From: a virus
Lineage: Duplodnaviria > Caudoviricetes
Virus record (IMG/VR): IMGVR_UViG_3300030109_002859
Coordinates: 1,885-65,884 of that record
Reading direction: 5' to 3' (one strand)
DNA length: 64,000 nt
Below are positions 10,476 to 19,308 of the stretch, piece after piece (position 1 is the first letter of the stretch; each line of letters begins with the position of its first letter). A program made the translations under genes and the position numbers. The notes below the pieces were generated by a model. The model saw only the letters and a program-made list of their open reading frames with translations. It was not told the DNA's origin and made no database searches.

Positions 10476-11403
10476 AATATTAATTACAGGCGCATCAGGT
10501 ATGGTAGGAAAACATTTAGTGGATATGTGTTTAGAAAAGGGATATTATGTTAGAGGGACTGATATCAGATTAGACGATAGATACTTAGAAGAAAAGTATT
10601 GGGGAGATAACTTTGACTTCTTTCAAGTTGATTTAAGAGATTTCGATAGATGTAAAGTTTTAGTTGATGACATTGATGTAGTGTTTCAAGTAGCAGGAGT
10701 AAAAGGTTCACCAAAGAGAGCGGCAGAACAACCAAACGATTACTTTACACCAATGTTACAAATGAATACCAATATGGCAGAAGCTGCAAGACTTCAAGGA
10801 GTTGATTGGTATGTTTACACTTCTACGGTTGGAGTTTATCAGCCAGCAAAAGTTTTCAAAGAAGATGATGTATGGAAAACATTTCCAAGTGAAAACGATA
10901 AATATGCCGGTTGGGTAAAACGATTAGGTGAATTACAATTAGATTGTTTTGAAACTCACTATGGATTGAAAAATTATTCAATAGTCAGACCAGCAAACAT
11001 TTATGGTGAGTATGATGAGTTCGGTGAAGAATCTACGGTAATCGCATCGTTAGTCAAGAAAGGATGTAATGATAAACTATTATCAGTATGGGGAGACGGA
11101 ACACCAATAAGGGATTTTATACACGCAGAAGATGTAGCAAGAGGTATATTGATGTCTTATGAAAACAAAATTACAGAACCTATCAATTTAGGTAGTGGTG
11201 ACGGAGTTCGCATTAGAGATATCGCAAGTATCGTAGCAACACATTACGGAAAAGAAATAGAATACGATATGGAAAAACCAAACGGAGATAACAAAAGACT
11301 TATGGATATGACACGAGCAAATAGTTATGGGTTTTATCCAGAAGTAGATTTAGAAACAGGAATAAAAAGGGTAATAAAATATTATGAGTCTTTACAAAAA
11401 TAA
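10468..11403 (+). CDS. NAD-dependent epimerase/reductase, GDP-fucose synthase-like
   Basis: ITGASGMVG, YAGWVK, RPANIYG, WGDGTPIRDFIH. Confidence 0.9.
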   Translation: MTKILITGASGMVGKHLVDMCLEKGYYVRGTDIRLDDRYLEEKYWGDNFDFFQVDLRDFDRCKVLVDDIDVVFQVAGVKGSPKRAAEQPNDYFTPMLQMNTNMAEAARLQGVDWYVYTSTVGVYQPAKVFKEDDVWKTFPSENDKYAGWVKRLGELQLDCFETHYGLKNYSIVRPANIYGEYDEFGEESTVIASLVKKGCNDKLLSVWGDGTPIRDFIHAEDVARGILMSYENKITEPINLGSGDGVRIRDIASIVATHYGKEIEYDMEKPNGDNKRLMDMTRANSYGFYPEVDLETGIKRVIKYYESLQK

Positions 11404-12331
11404 GAAAGTAGTCGTAACAGGTGGTAGTGGTTTCGTAGGAACCAATATGATATTAGAACTATTGAATAGAGGTGCTAATGTCAGAACATCAACACATAAA
11501 AGACCTATGCAAATACAAGATGATAGAATAGAACTATTAGAAAACATTGACTTGACAAAGTTTGATGATGCTATGACATTGATTGGCGGAGCAGATATCG
11601 TTATACATTGTGCAGGTGATATTTTACATCCATCTACCGTAGCAACAGACTTTCAAGTTGGATTGAGTCACATAAATATCATTACCAATATATTAGAGGC
11701 AAGTTACAAACACAAGGTAAAACACTTTTTAGAAATAAATAGTTCTACGGTTTATCCACATAGAGAATATCCAGTTTCAGAAGATGAGTTTTGGTTAGAA
11801 GAACCATTTCTTTCTTATTATGGTTATGGGTGGATGAGAAGATATAGAGAAAAAGTAATTGAACATACTTCACACTTATCAGATATGCACATTGGAATTG
11901 CTCGTGGGACTGCACCATTTGGTCCTTATGATAATTTTGATTTAAAAAGTTGTCACGTTGTTCCAGCATTGATTAAAAGATGTTTGAGTGGAGAAGACCC
12001 ATTTGTAATTTGGGGAAGTCCAGATGTAACGAGAGATTTTATGTATGTAAAAGATATGATAAAAGGTTGTTTATTAGTATTGGAAAAGGGTGAATCAATG
12101 AAACCTTATAATGTTGGTAGTGGAACAGGTGTAGAAATTGGTGAATTACTTTTTGCGGTCTTAAACGCATCAGAAAGAAATCCATTAATAAAGTGGGATA
12201 ATTCCAAACCAACAACAATACCTTACAAAGTATCAAGTATAGAAAGATTGGAAAAAGAGTTAGGGTTTAAACCTGACTATACTTTTGAACAAGGAATAAA
12301 AGAAACAATGGAGTGGTATGAAAACCTATAA
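11384..12331 (+). CDS. NAD-dependent epimerase/reductase, GDP-fucose synthase-like
   Basis: VTGGSGFVG, GPYDNFD..CHVVPALI, WGSPDVTRDF; YGWMR replaces YxxxK. Confidence 0.88.
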   Translation: MSLYKNKKVVVTGGSGFVGTNMILELLNRGANVRTSTHKRPMQIQDDRIELLENIDLTKFDDAMTLIGGADIVIHCAGDILHPSTVATDFQVGLSHINIITNILEASYKHKVKHFLEINSSTVYPHREYPVSEDEFWLEEPFLSYYGYGWMRRYREKVIEHTSHLSDMHIGIARGTAPFGPYDNFDLKSCHVVPALIKRCLSGEDPFVIWGSPDVTRDFMYVKDMIKGCLLVLEKGESMKPYNVGSGTGVEIGELLFAVLNASERNPLIKWDNSKPTTIPYKVSSIERLEKELGFKPDYTFEQGIKETMEWYENL

Positions 12332-12842
12332 AGATGAACTAATCAAATCAATGAACTATTTGGCAGAAAAACCAAATACAATATTCATAGGACAACAAAC
12401 AGCTTACGCTGGAAACCCAATGTCCACAACAATATTAGATGTGCCAATGGAAAAGATGATTGAAACACCAGTATTTGAAGAAGTTCAAATGGGTATGTCA
12501 GTCGGATTGGGTATGTCAAATATGTGTGTAGTGACATTTTATCCAAGGTGGGATTTTGTAATTTGCGCAGCAAACCAATTGATTAATCACTTGGATAAAT
12601 TCAAACATATGACAGGTTATGATTCACACGTTATCATTAGAGTTGGTAAAGGTAGTGATGACCCATTAGACCCTGGTGTTCAACACAAAGCAGATTATTC
12701 AGAAGAATTTAAAAGTATGTTAGATTATGTAGATATAATTAACTTTTATGATAAGTCTAATATCTATGAAACTTACAAAAAAGCATACGAAAACAAAAAG
12801 CCAGTTATATTGGTGGAGTATCCTGAAAGGTATGGAAAGTGA
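12318..12842 (+). CDS. TPP-dependent E1 beta/transketolase pyrimidine-binding domain (stand-alone)
   Basis: ETPVFEEVQMGMSVG, NQLINH, GVQH, PVILVE. Confidence 0.85.
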   Translation: MKTYKDELIKSMNYLAEKPNTIFIGQQTAYAGNPMSTTILDVPMEKMIETPVFEEVQMGMSVGLGMSNMCVVTFYPRWDFVICAANQLINHLDKFKHMTGYDSHVIIRVGKGSDDPLDPGVQHKADYSEEFKSMLDYVDIINFYDKSNIYETYKKAYENKKPVILVEYPERYGK

Positions 12843-13588
12843 TATTATTCGTAGGGTGTAGTTATACTTGGGGTTCAGGTCTACAATATGAATATCTTTA
12901 CGATAAGGGTTGGAGTGTCGATGAAATAAATAAAGTTTTGCCAGATAATTACCATTTAGAGAATTTAAATTATAAAGCAGATGAATATAGAAAACAAAAT
13001 AACTTCCCTAATTTAGTTTCAAAGGAATTAGATAAAGCATTTGTCATTGGAACATACACAAATGGTGGTTCACAATTAACAACAATTAAACAATCACTTG
13101 AATATACTAAAAAAATTGCAAGAAGTAATTCCATTACAACGGTAGTAGTTCAATTTTCAGATTGGTTGAGAGATATCAATGATGAAAAGCTTACAAAATA
13201 TCCTGGACAAATTTCAGATGTTACTACACAAGAGTTTATAGATAACACTATATTGAATCAAATAAAACAGGTTACAAGTATTTGTAATGAATTAAGAACC
13301 ATACACGACCCAAATTTAAAAGACCACACATATCCAGAGAATCCATATCCTGCTTGGGTTGGATTATCTTGGCAGAAAGATGTTGGTGATGTATTGAAAA
13401 GACATTATCCAGAAAACTTTATACCGATATATCGTGACGGAAAAGAATACAATTCTTTTGCACCGAACATAGACGAAGGATTGAGATTGTGTGATAGTAT
13501 TCCAGGTGTTCAAGATGAACACTTGAACTCAGAGGGTAATAAAATGATTGCAAACTCAATATTAAAAAAATTAAAGTCCTATGAATAA
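12839..13588 (+). CDS. SGNH/GDSL-like protein (possible O-acyl esterase/transferase)
   Basis: GCSYT block I and DEHLN (DxH) at the C-terminus. Confidence 0.6.
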   Translation: MILFVGCSYTWGSGLQYEYLYDKGWSVDEINKVLPDNYHLENLNYKADEYRKQNNFPNLVSKELDKAFVIGTYTNGGSQLTTIKQSLEYTKKIARSNSITTVVVQFSDWLRDINDEKLTKYPGQISDVTTQEFIDNTILNQIKQVTSICNELRTIHDPNLKDHTYPENPYPAWVGLSWQKDVGDVLKRHYPENFIPIYRDGKEYNSFAPNIDEGLRLCDSIPGVQDEHLNSEGNKMIANSILKKLKSYE

Positions 13589-14348
13589 AAGATTTTTTTC
13601 ATTCGGTTGTAGTTTTACAAATTGGAAATGGCCAACTTGGAACGATTATATTGGATTGAACTTTGATGAATATTATACATTAGGTTGTGGTGGAGCAGAC
13701 AATAAAAATATTCTATACAGACTTTTAAAAGCAGACAAAAAATACAAATTCACATCAGATGATACAATCATAGTTATGTTTACGAGTTTTAACAGATTGT
13801 CTTATGTTGATAAATATTACTATATAAATAACATTGGAGATTTAGTTCATCATAATATAAAATTACATCCGATAGGAAAAAATTATAATTTTCAGACAGC
13901 AGTTTATGATAGTTATATCGCAATACAATCCATTAAATCTATATTAGATTCAAAAAATATTAAATACAAGTTATTACAATCTATGAAACATAACTTTTAT
14001 CACGACAATTTTGAAGCTCGTGGAGAAATAAAGAAACCTTTAGATTATTGCTTAGGTTTATTCAAATATCCGGTAATGGAAAATTGGGTTTATGAAAACT
14101 ATGACTTTGATAAAGAAAAAGTAATTTGGCAAGATGAGGGTAGTCAAGACGGACACCCAACAATGAAACATCATTTTGATTTTGTTAAAGAATTTTTTCC
14201 ACAATACATCACAGATAAAGTAATTAAATACCACGATATTCAACAAGAAAATTTTAGTGATGAAAACACAGAACAACAAGAAAAAATATATAGAAATATA
14301 CGAAAGGAGTTTTTTGAAAATGAAAAAATTAAGATTAATACGGAATAA
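13581..14348 (+). CDS. SGNH/GDSL-like protein
   Basis: FGCSFT, GADN, DGHPT motifs. Confidence 0.6.
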   Translation: MNKRFFSFGCSFTNWKWPTWNDYIGLNFDEYYTLGCGGADNKNILYRLLKADKKYKFTSDDTIIVMFTSFNRLSYVDKYYYINNIGDLVHHNIKLHPIGKNYNFQTAVYDSYIAIQSIKSILDSKNIKYKLLQSMKHNFYHDNFEARGEIKKPLDYCLGLFKYPVMENWVYENYDFDKEKVIWQDEGSQDGHPTMKHHFDFVKEFFPQYITDKVIKYHDIQQENFSDENTEQQEKIYRNIRKEFFENEKIKINTE

Positions 14349-14892
14349 TTCTTTTGATACAATTACAGCTCCAACTCTTGAGGAACTGAATCACGAAAAA
14401 AATAAACTTGAATTAGAAAATGGGTATTTGTATGATGTTTGTTGTTTTAGTATTGATGATTATGATTTACCATTACCTACGACTTACTACAAAATGGCAT
14501 CTAAAACTATTAGGGTATTTAAAACAAAAGTAATTCAAGTCAGAAATGATGATGAACAATGGAATGATGTTAGAATTTTAAATGATACGGGCGGTAAAGA
14601 TAAAGAAACAAGTACAGTTTTACCACAATCTAATATACAAAAAAATAACGACATTGTCAAGGATTATTTAACATTTCAACCAATGACTATTTTTACTCCT
14701 GACTATTGGTATTGCAATTCAGTTGAATTTAATGCGATAGCACAATACTATAAATGTGGTTATGATGTATTTGCAAAAGAAGATTGGGATTCTTGGTATG
14801 AATCACAAGGACAAGATATGATATCAACTGAAGAGAGAAAATATCTACCATTTGTAAATTATATAAAAATGTTAGGATATAATTATGAATAA
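14320..14892 (+). CDS. Hypothetical protein
   Basis: AAGGAG before ATG 14320 (MKKLRLIRNN); overlaps both neighbours. Confidence 0.65.
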   Translation: MKKLRLIRNNSFDTITAPTLEELNHEKNKLELENGYLYDVCCFSIDDYDLPLPTTYYKMASKTIRVFKTKVIQVRNDDEQWNDVRILNDTGGKDKETSTVLPQSNIQKNNDIVKDYLTFQPMTIFTPDYWYCNSVEFNAIAQYYKCGYDVFAKEDWDSWYESQGQDMISTEERKYLPFVNYIKMLGYNYE

Positions 14893-15583
14893 GAGAATAG
14901 CAGTTTGTCTATCAGGTGAGATGAGATATTGGGAGATAACAAAACATATTTTTAAAGATTGGGAAGTTGATTTCTTTGTATCTACTTGGGATACCACTAA
15001 TCGTAAAGAAGATAATTATCCATATAAGTTCCACGGAAATTCAGATATCAATGATGATATATTAGAAACTTTAAGTCCAAAAGGATATGAATTTTTATCA
15101 AGAGAAGCAGAGAATAAAATTAAGTTTCATATGCCAAAGTATTATTACTTAGTTCACAGAAGTAATTTGTTAAAAACACAATATGAATTAGATAATAATT
15201 TTAAATATGATTGTGTCATAATGACAAGACCAGATGTTTATTATGATAGAAATCCAATCAAAAGAATTAAATTACAAAAGCTTGATGAATTAGTTCTTTA
15301 TTCAGGCCCAATAAATCGTGGAGCAGAGTATTTTGGATTAGGAATGATGGATTGTGCAGCATACGGAACATCAGCCACAATGGATATATTTTCATCAATA
15401 TATAAACACCAATATTTAAGTGGTAATCACAATATGTTACCTATTGGACACTCAATAATTCCACACTACTTAAAATATATTGGTTTAGATTTGGGCAAAA
15501 GAACAGAAATATCACAATATCTTATCAATAAAGTTAGAAAACCAAAAGAATATGAAAAACTAAAAGGAGAGTATGATGTTTAA
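14885..15583 (+). CDS. Conserved hypothetical protein, possibly glycosyltransferase-related
   Basis: RIAVCLSGEMR, DFFVSTW, YDCVIMTRPD pattern typical of sugar islands. Confidence 0.6.
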   Translation: MNKRIAVCLSGEMRYWEITKHIFKDWEVDFFVSTWDTTNRKEDNYPYKFHGNSDINDDILETLSPKGYEFLSREAENKIKFHMPKYYYLVHRSNLLKTQYELDNNFKYDCVIMTRPDVYYDRNPIKRIKLQKLDELVLYSGPINRGAEYFGLGMMDCAAYGTSATMDIFSSIYKHQYLSGNHNMLPIGHSIIPHYLKYIGLDLGKRTEISQYLINKVRKPKEYEKLKGEYDV

Positions 15584-15680
15584 AAAGATAAAAAAGTGGT
15601 TTCAAGATTGGAAACAAAAAAGAAAACTAAAGAAAAAACTTGAAGCATTAAAGAAACGAGACCCGTTCATTTATAAATAA
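15573..15680 (+). CDS. Small basic protein (35 aa, MMFKKIKKWF...KKRDPFIYK), missed by the ORF track
   Basis: AAGGAG upstream; translated by hand. Confidence 0.7.
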   Translation: MMFKKIKKWFQDWKQKRKLKKKLEALKKRDPFIYK

Positions 15681-15694
15681 AACTTTCAAACTTT

Positions 15695-15725
15695 ATATTT
15701 ATAGTTGTATAGATTTATATAAATA
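15695..15725 (+). promoter_or_regulatory. Candidate late promoter (ATATTTATA; TATAAATA also at 15718-15725)
   Basis: One of 14 ATAYTTATW copies found just upstream of genes. Confidence 0.55.
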
Positions 15726-15735
15726 TAGGAATAAT

Positions 15736-16602
15736 ATGCTAAAACTAAAAAAATTACTATTTGAATCCAGCGTTACAGGCCAACAAGCAAATACTGAAAG
15801 TCTTGGTGGATTTAAAGGTTTCTTCAAGTTATCTGAAATAGAAGCTTACAAGAAATGGATAAAGAAAACACTTCGTGTAGAATTAGTTGAAGGATATAAA
15901 GACCCAGGTATATTCAAAGCAGTATTCTTAGCAGGTGGACCAGGTTCAGGTAAAACCTATATAGCAAAAGGATTATTTGGAATACCAGATAAGGTAAATG
16001 TATCTCAGACTGGTATGAAAATGGTTAATTCAGATAAAGAATTAAAGTATTTACTAAACAAGTTTGGATTCGGAACTGATTTAGATTCATTACCAGATGA
16101 AGTATTCCAAAATCTAACAGGCGATGGACCAGATTCAAGTGGGTTAAGAAACTTTGCAAAAGATTTGACAGCAGAACGAAGAAGATTATATCAAAACGGA
16201 AGACTCGGTATGATTATTGACGGAACCGGAGATGATTATCAAAAGATTGCAGGTGAAAAGGCAGAATTAGAAAAAATCGGATATCAAACATATATGATTT
16301 TTGTCAACACTACATTAGAAGTAGCACTACAAAGAAACGAACTCAGAGATAGAGTTCTACCACAGAGTATAGTTTCACAATCACATAAAGAGGTGAATAG
16401 AAACATTGGCGCATTTCAAGGATTGTTTGGTTCAAGTAACTTTATGATTGTTGATAACAATGAACAAAAAACAGAAAACCAAGCAAAGAAAAGATTCAAG
16501 ATGTTGGTAAAGCAAGGATTGGGTAAATTCGTAAAAGCACCAATCAAAAGTAAAAAAGCATTAAGTTGGATTAGAAAACAAAAAATATTAAGGGGAAAAT
16601 AA
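15736..16602 (+). CDS. P-loop kinase (zeta toxin/AAA_33/Pnk-like) with MLKLKKLLFE leader
   Basis: FLAGGPGSGKT Walker A, MIIDGTG, ALQRNELRDR lid. Confidence 0.8.
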   Translation: MLKLKKLLFESSVTGQQANTESLGGFKGFFKLSEIEAYKKWIKKTLRVELVEGYKDPGIFKAVFLAGGPGSGKTYIAKGLFGIPDKVNVSQTGMKMVNSDKELKYLLNKFGFGTDLDSLPDEVFQNLTGDGPDSSGLRNFAKDLTAERRRLYQNGRLGMIIDGTGDDYQKIAGEKAELEKIGYQTYMIFVNTTLEVALQRNELRDRVLPQSIVSQSHKEVNRNIGAFQGLFGSSNFMIVDNNEQKTENQAKKRFKMLVKQGLGKFVKAPIKSKKALSWIRKQKILRGK

Positions 16603-17084
16603 TGTTAATATCATTTGACGAAATTATAGAAGTAACTTTACACCACGAGGGTGGATATGTTCACGACCCAAAAGATTTAGGCGGAGAAACTAACTTCGGT
16701 ATAGCAAAAAGATTTTACCCAGACGTAGATATCAAAAACCTTACAGAAGAGAAAGCAACAGATATTTACAGAGCAGATTACTGGGACAAGAATAGAGTAG
16801 AGGAACTACCAGAGCAATTAAGACATATCTTTTTTGATATGTGTGTTAATCAAGGTAGAGGAACAGCAGTAAAGATTTTACAACGAGCGTGTAATGCAAA
16901 GGGAGCAGACTTAGCAATAGATGGAGGTTTAGGACCAGGAACTATGAATGCAATAGAAATCTATAAACCTTCAATAGAAAGAGTTCGTTGTTACAGATTA
17001 AAATTTTATTACGATTTAGTAAATAAAAAACCCGAACAGGAACGATTCTTGTTTGGATGGTTTAAACGAGCAATATCAATTTAG
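16602..17084 (+). CDS. Endolysin, glycoside hydrolase family 108 with peptidoglycan-binding C-terminus
   Basis: HEGGYVHDPKDLGGETNFGI, FDMCVNQG, DGGLGPGT, FLFGWFKR. Confidence 0.92.
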   Translation: MLISFDEIIEVTLHHEGGYVHDPKDLGGETNFGIAKRFYPDVDIKNLTEEKATDIYRADYWDKNRVEELPEQLRHIFFDMCVNQGRGTAVKILQRACNAKGADLAIDGGLGPGTMNAIEIYKPSIERVRCYRLKFYYDLVNKKPEQERFLFGWFKRAISI

Positions 17085-17094
17085 GAGAAATTAA

Positions 17095-17394
17095 ATGGCA
17101 TTTTCAGATGTAACAAGAGGACAAGGTTCTTTTGTTAGTAGAACAAAAAAAGCTTTTGATGAAGGACTTCACGCATTCACAAGTGCATACGAAGTATCAG
17201 CAAGCACAACTTATGAACCAACAAGTTCATTCAAACCAACTGCATTTTACATTCAAGAAGGAACTAATTACACATTATCACCAGTAGGTGGTGGTAGTAA
17301 TTTAACCAAAGGATTTGTCACTGGACAAATTTATAGTATTGCATTGAAAAAAGTTGTAACGGTAGCATCAACAAAAGTAATATTGTTAAGGTAA
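17095..17394 (+). CDS. Hypothetical, probably small virion protein
   Basis: TAGGAG SD; Ser/Thr-rich. Confidence 0.65.
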   Translation: MAFSDVTRGQGSFVSRTKKAFDEGLHAFTSAYEVSASTTYEPTSSFKPTAFYIQEGTNYTLSPVGGGSNLTKGFVTGQIYSIALKKVVTVASTKVILLR

Positions 17395-17750
17395 TGAGTA
17401 AAGTATCACAAATCATTAGAGAAGCAATCACAGATTTGATTGACGAGGGAACTATCACCCAAGAAGACCTAAGACAATGGTTCAAAAAAGGTGGAGCAGG
17501 TGGAACAACCAAAGGTGGTTGGGACAGATATGGTTCATCAGGACAAAAATTAGGTAAATGCGGTGGTGGAAAAGAAGGTGGTGCTTATGCCGCTTGTTTA
17601 AGTGCCGAGAAAGCTCGTAAACTCGGTCCAGACGGAAGAGCGTCATTTGTTCGTAGAAAGAGAGCAGCGCAGAAAAAAGGTGGTGATGCGAAGAAAGGTA
17701 AACAAAGAAGTAAAGGTAAGAAACCAACATACACAAAGACAGGCGCATAA
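17394..17750 (+). CDS. Basic Gly/Lys-rich protein, candidate head-internal protein
   Basis: MSKVSQIIRE leader; EDLRQWF..GWDR..KCG..ACL module. Confidence 0.65.
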   Translation: MSKVSQIIREAITDLIDEGTITQEDLRQWFKKGGAGGTTKGGWDRYGSSGQKLGKCGGGKEGGAYAACLSAEKARKLGPDGRASFVRRKRAAQKKGGDAKKGKQRSKGKKPTYTKTGA

Positions 17751-18067
17751 TGGCAGGAGATTGTTATCAAGCAAATGGTAATTACATTATTACTAAAATG
17801 GGAGACAATGATTTTAAGTTGTGTCACGGAGTCGCCATATTGAGAGGTGACAGAAGACCATTTGGTCATTGTTGGATAGAAAAGGGTGGTGGAGTATTAG
17901 ATTTTTCAAATGGAAAAGCAATCGCTACCACTAAAAGAAGATATTATGAATTGGGTGAAATACCAGTTAAGGGGTATAAGACTTATACTTACACACCTGC
18001 GGAAGCAGCAAAGAAAATGGTAGACACAGGACATTGGGGGCCTTGGGATTCCAAACCACCGAGATAG
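17750..18067 (+). CDS. Small Cys-His protein, transglutaminase/papain-like fold suspected
   Basis: GDCY...CHG...GHCWIE..VLD arrangement. Confidence 0.5.
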   Translation: MAGDCYQANGNYIITKMGDNDFKLCHGVAILRGDRRPFGHCWIEKGGGVLDFSNGKAIATTKRRYYELGEIPVKGYKTYTYTPAEAAKKMVDTGHWGPWDSKPPR

Positions 18068-18069
18068 AT

Positions 18070-18510
18070 ATGAAGATACAAGAATTTGCAAAACACTTGG
18101 ACGAACCAAGAGAGATTGGTAAAAAGAAAAAAAGATTATCGTCAAGTGAAATGAAAAAATTAAAAAATAAAGCGTTTGAAGTTTACCGAGAGGGTTGGTC
18201 AGACAAGTATAAAAAAAGTATTGATTGTAATAATCCGAAAGGATTTTCACAAAAAGCACATTGTGCAGGACGAAGTAAGAAGGAGACAATAATGAACTTA
18301 AAATCATTAGTAAAAGAAACAATAAAAGAAGTAGTTACAGAAAGAAAATTACAAATGTTCTTTGAAAAGAATGTTCCAACAAATCCATCAAAGTGGTCTT
18401 ATTATAAGGCACAGGCAAAGAAAAAGTTTGATGTTTATCCAAGTGCATATGCAAATGGTTGGGCAGCAAAAAAATATAAAGCCGCTGGTGGTAGTTGGAA
18501 AAAAGGATAA
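18070..18510 (+). CDS. Modular basic protein, candidate head-internal protein
   Basis: MKIQEFAKHLDE start; WSDKYKKSIDCNNPKGFSQKAHC and FDVYPSAYANGW modules; internal SD/ATG at 18292. Confidence 0.65.
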   Translation: MKIQEFAKHLDEPREIGKKKKRLSSSEMKKLKNKAFEVYREGWSDKYKKSIDCNNPKGFSQKAHCAGRSKKETIMNLKSLVKETIKEVVTERKLQMFFEKNVPTNPSKWSYYKAQAKKKFDVYPSAYANGWAAKKYKAAGGSWKKG

Positions 18511-18514
18511 GACT

Positions 18515-18949
18515 ATGAATGAAGCAAGAGGAACTTGTTGGGTAGGATACAAACAAGTCGGTATGAAAGACAAGGGTGGTAGAAAAGTCCCTAATTGTGT
18601 AAAAGAAGAAATGGAAATCTTTTATGAAGTGGATGGAAAAGGACACGGATACACTTTTGAATATCTGAGATTGCCAGAAGATATCAATGAAGCAGAATAT
18701 CAAGGAAGAAAAGTTAAACTTGGTAAACCAATGCAAGGTGATGTAAAGAAATTTAAAGTTTATGTTAAGAATCCTGCAGGTAATGTTGTTAAAGTAAATT
18801 TTGGACACGGTGGAACATCAGCAAAAGGTAAGACTATGAAAATTAGAAAATCCAACCCTAAAGCTCGTAAATCTTTTAGAGCAAGACACAATTGTGATAC
18901 ACCAGGCCCAAGACATAAAGCTCGATACTGGTCTTGTCGCAAATGGTAA
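18515..18949 (+). CDS. Modular basic protein (CWVGYKQVG..VPNCV and KVNFG..ARKSFRARHNC..RYWSC modules)
   Basis: Start moved to ATG 18515; modules joined at INE. Confidence 0.7.
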   Translation: MNEARGTCWVGYKQVGMKDKGGRKVPNCVKEEMEIFYEVDGKGHGYTFEYLRLPEDINEAEYQGRKVKLGKPMQGDVKKFKVYVKNPAGNVVKVNFGHGGTSAKGKTMKIRKSNPKARKSFRARHNCDTPGPRHKARYWSCRKW

Positions 18950-19308
18950 AATTAAAAAACTTACTGAAAGAAGATTTAAAAATACAATCATCAGGTAAAT
19001 CTGATGGTTATATCTACAATTGGAAAGAAGAAATGAAAGAGGGCAAGTTTGACCCTAAAAATCCTACCGTTGTAGTAAGTGGATTGGGTTCATATAGTTT
19101 GGACATACTAAAAAAGAGTGTTTCATCTCAATTATTAGACTTATCAAAAAGATTAAAGGGTGGTTCTGAAATGGATGTTGATAATGTATATAGTTTATTA
19201 ATAAAGAACGAGTCATTATTATATAAAGTAAAAGCTATAAAAGATGTTCAAGACGAATTAAAAACATCAGTATGGAAACGAAGAATCACAATCTACAAAA
19301 GAAAATGA
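18943..19308 (+). CDS. Hypothetical protein with MVKLKNLLKE leader
   Basis: ATG 18943; shared N-terminal motif. Confidence 0.7.
   Translation: MVKLKNLLKEDLKIQSSGKSDGYIYNWKEEMKEGKFDPKNPTVVVSGLGSYSLDILKKSVSSQLLDLSKRLKGGSEMDVDNVYSLLIKNESLLYKVKAIKDVQDELKTSVWKRRITIYKRK

Noticed and set aside
1-15600. Host O-antigen/capsule locus (prophage flank or chimera)
   Set aside because: No wzx/wzy/ABC export genes; same strand, similar composition and tight gene coupling continue into the phage genes
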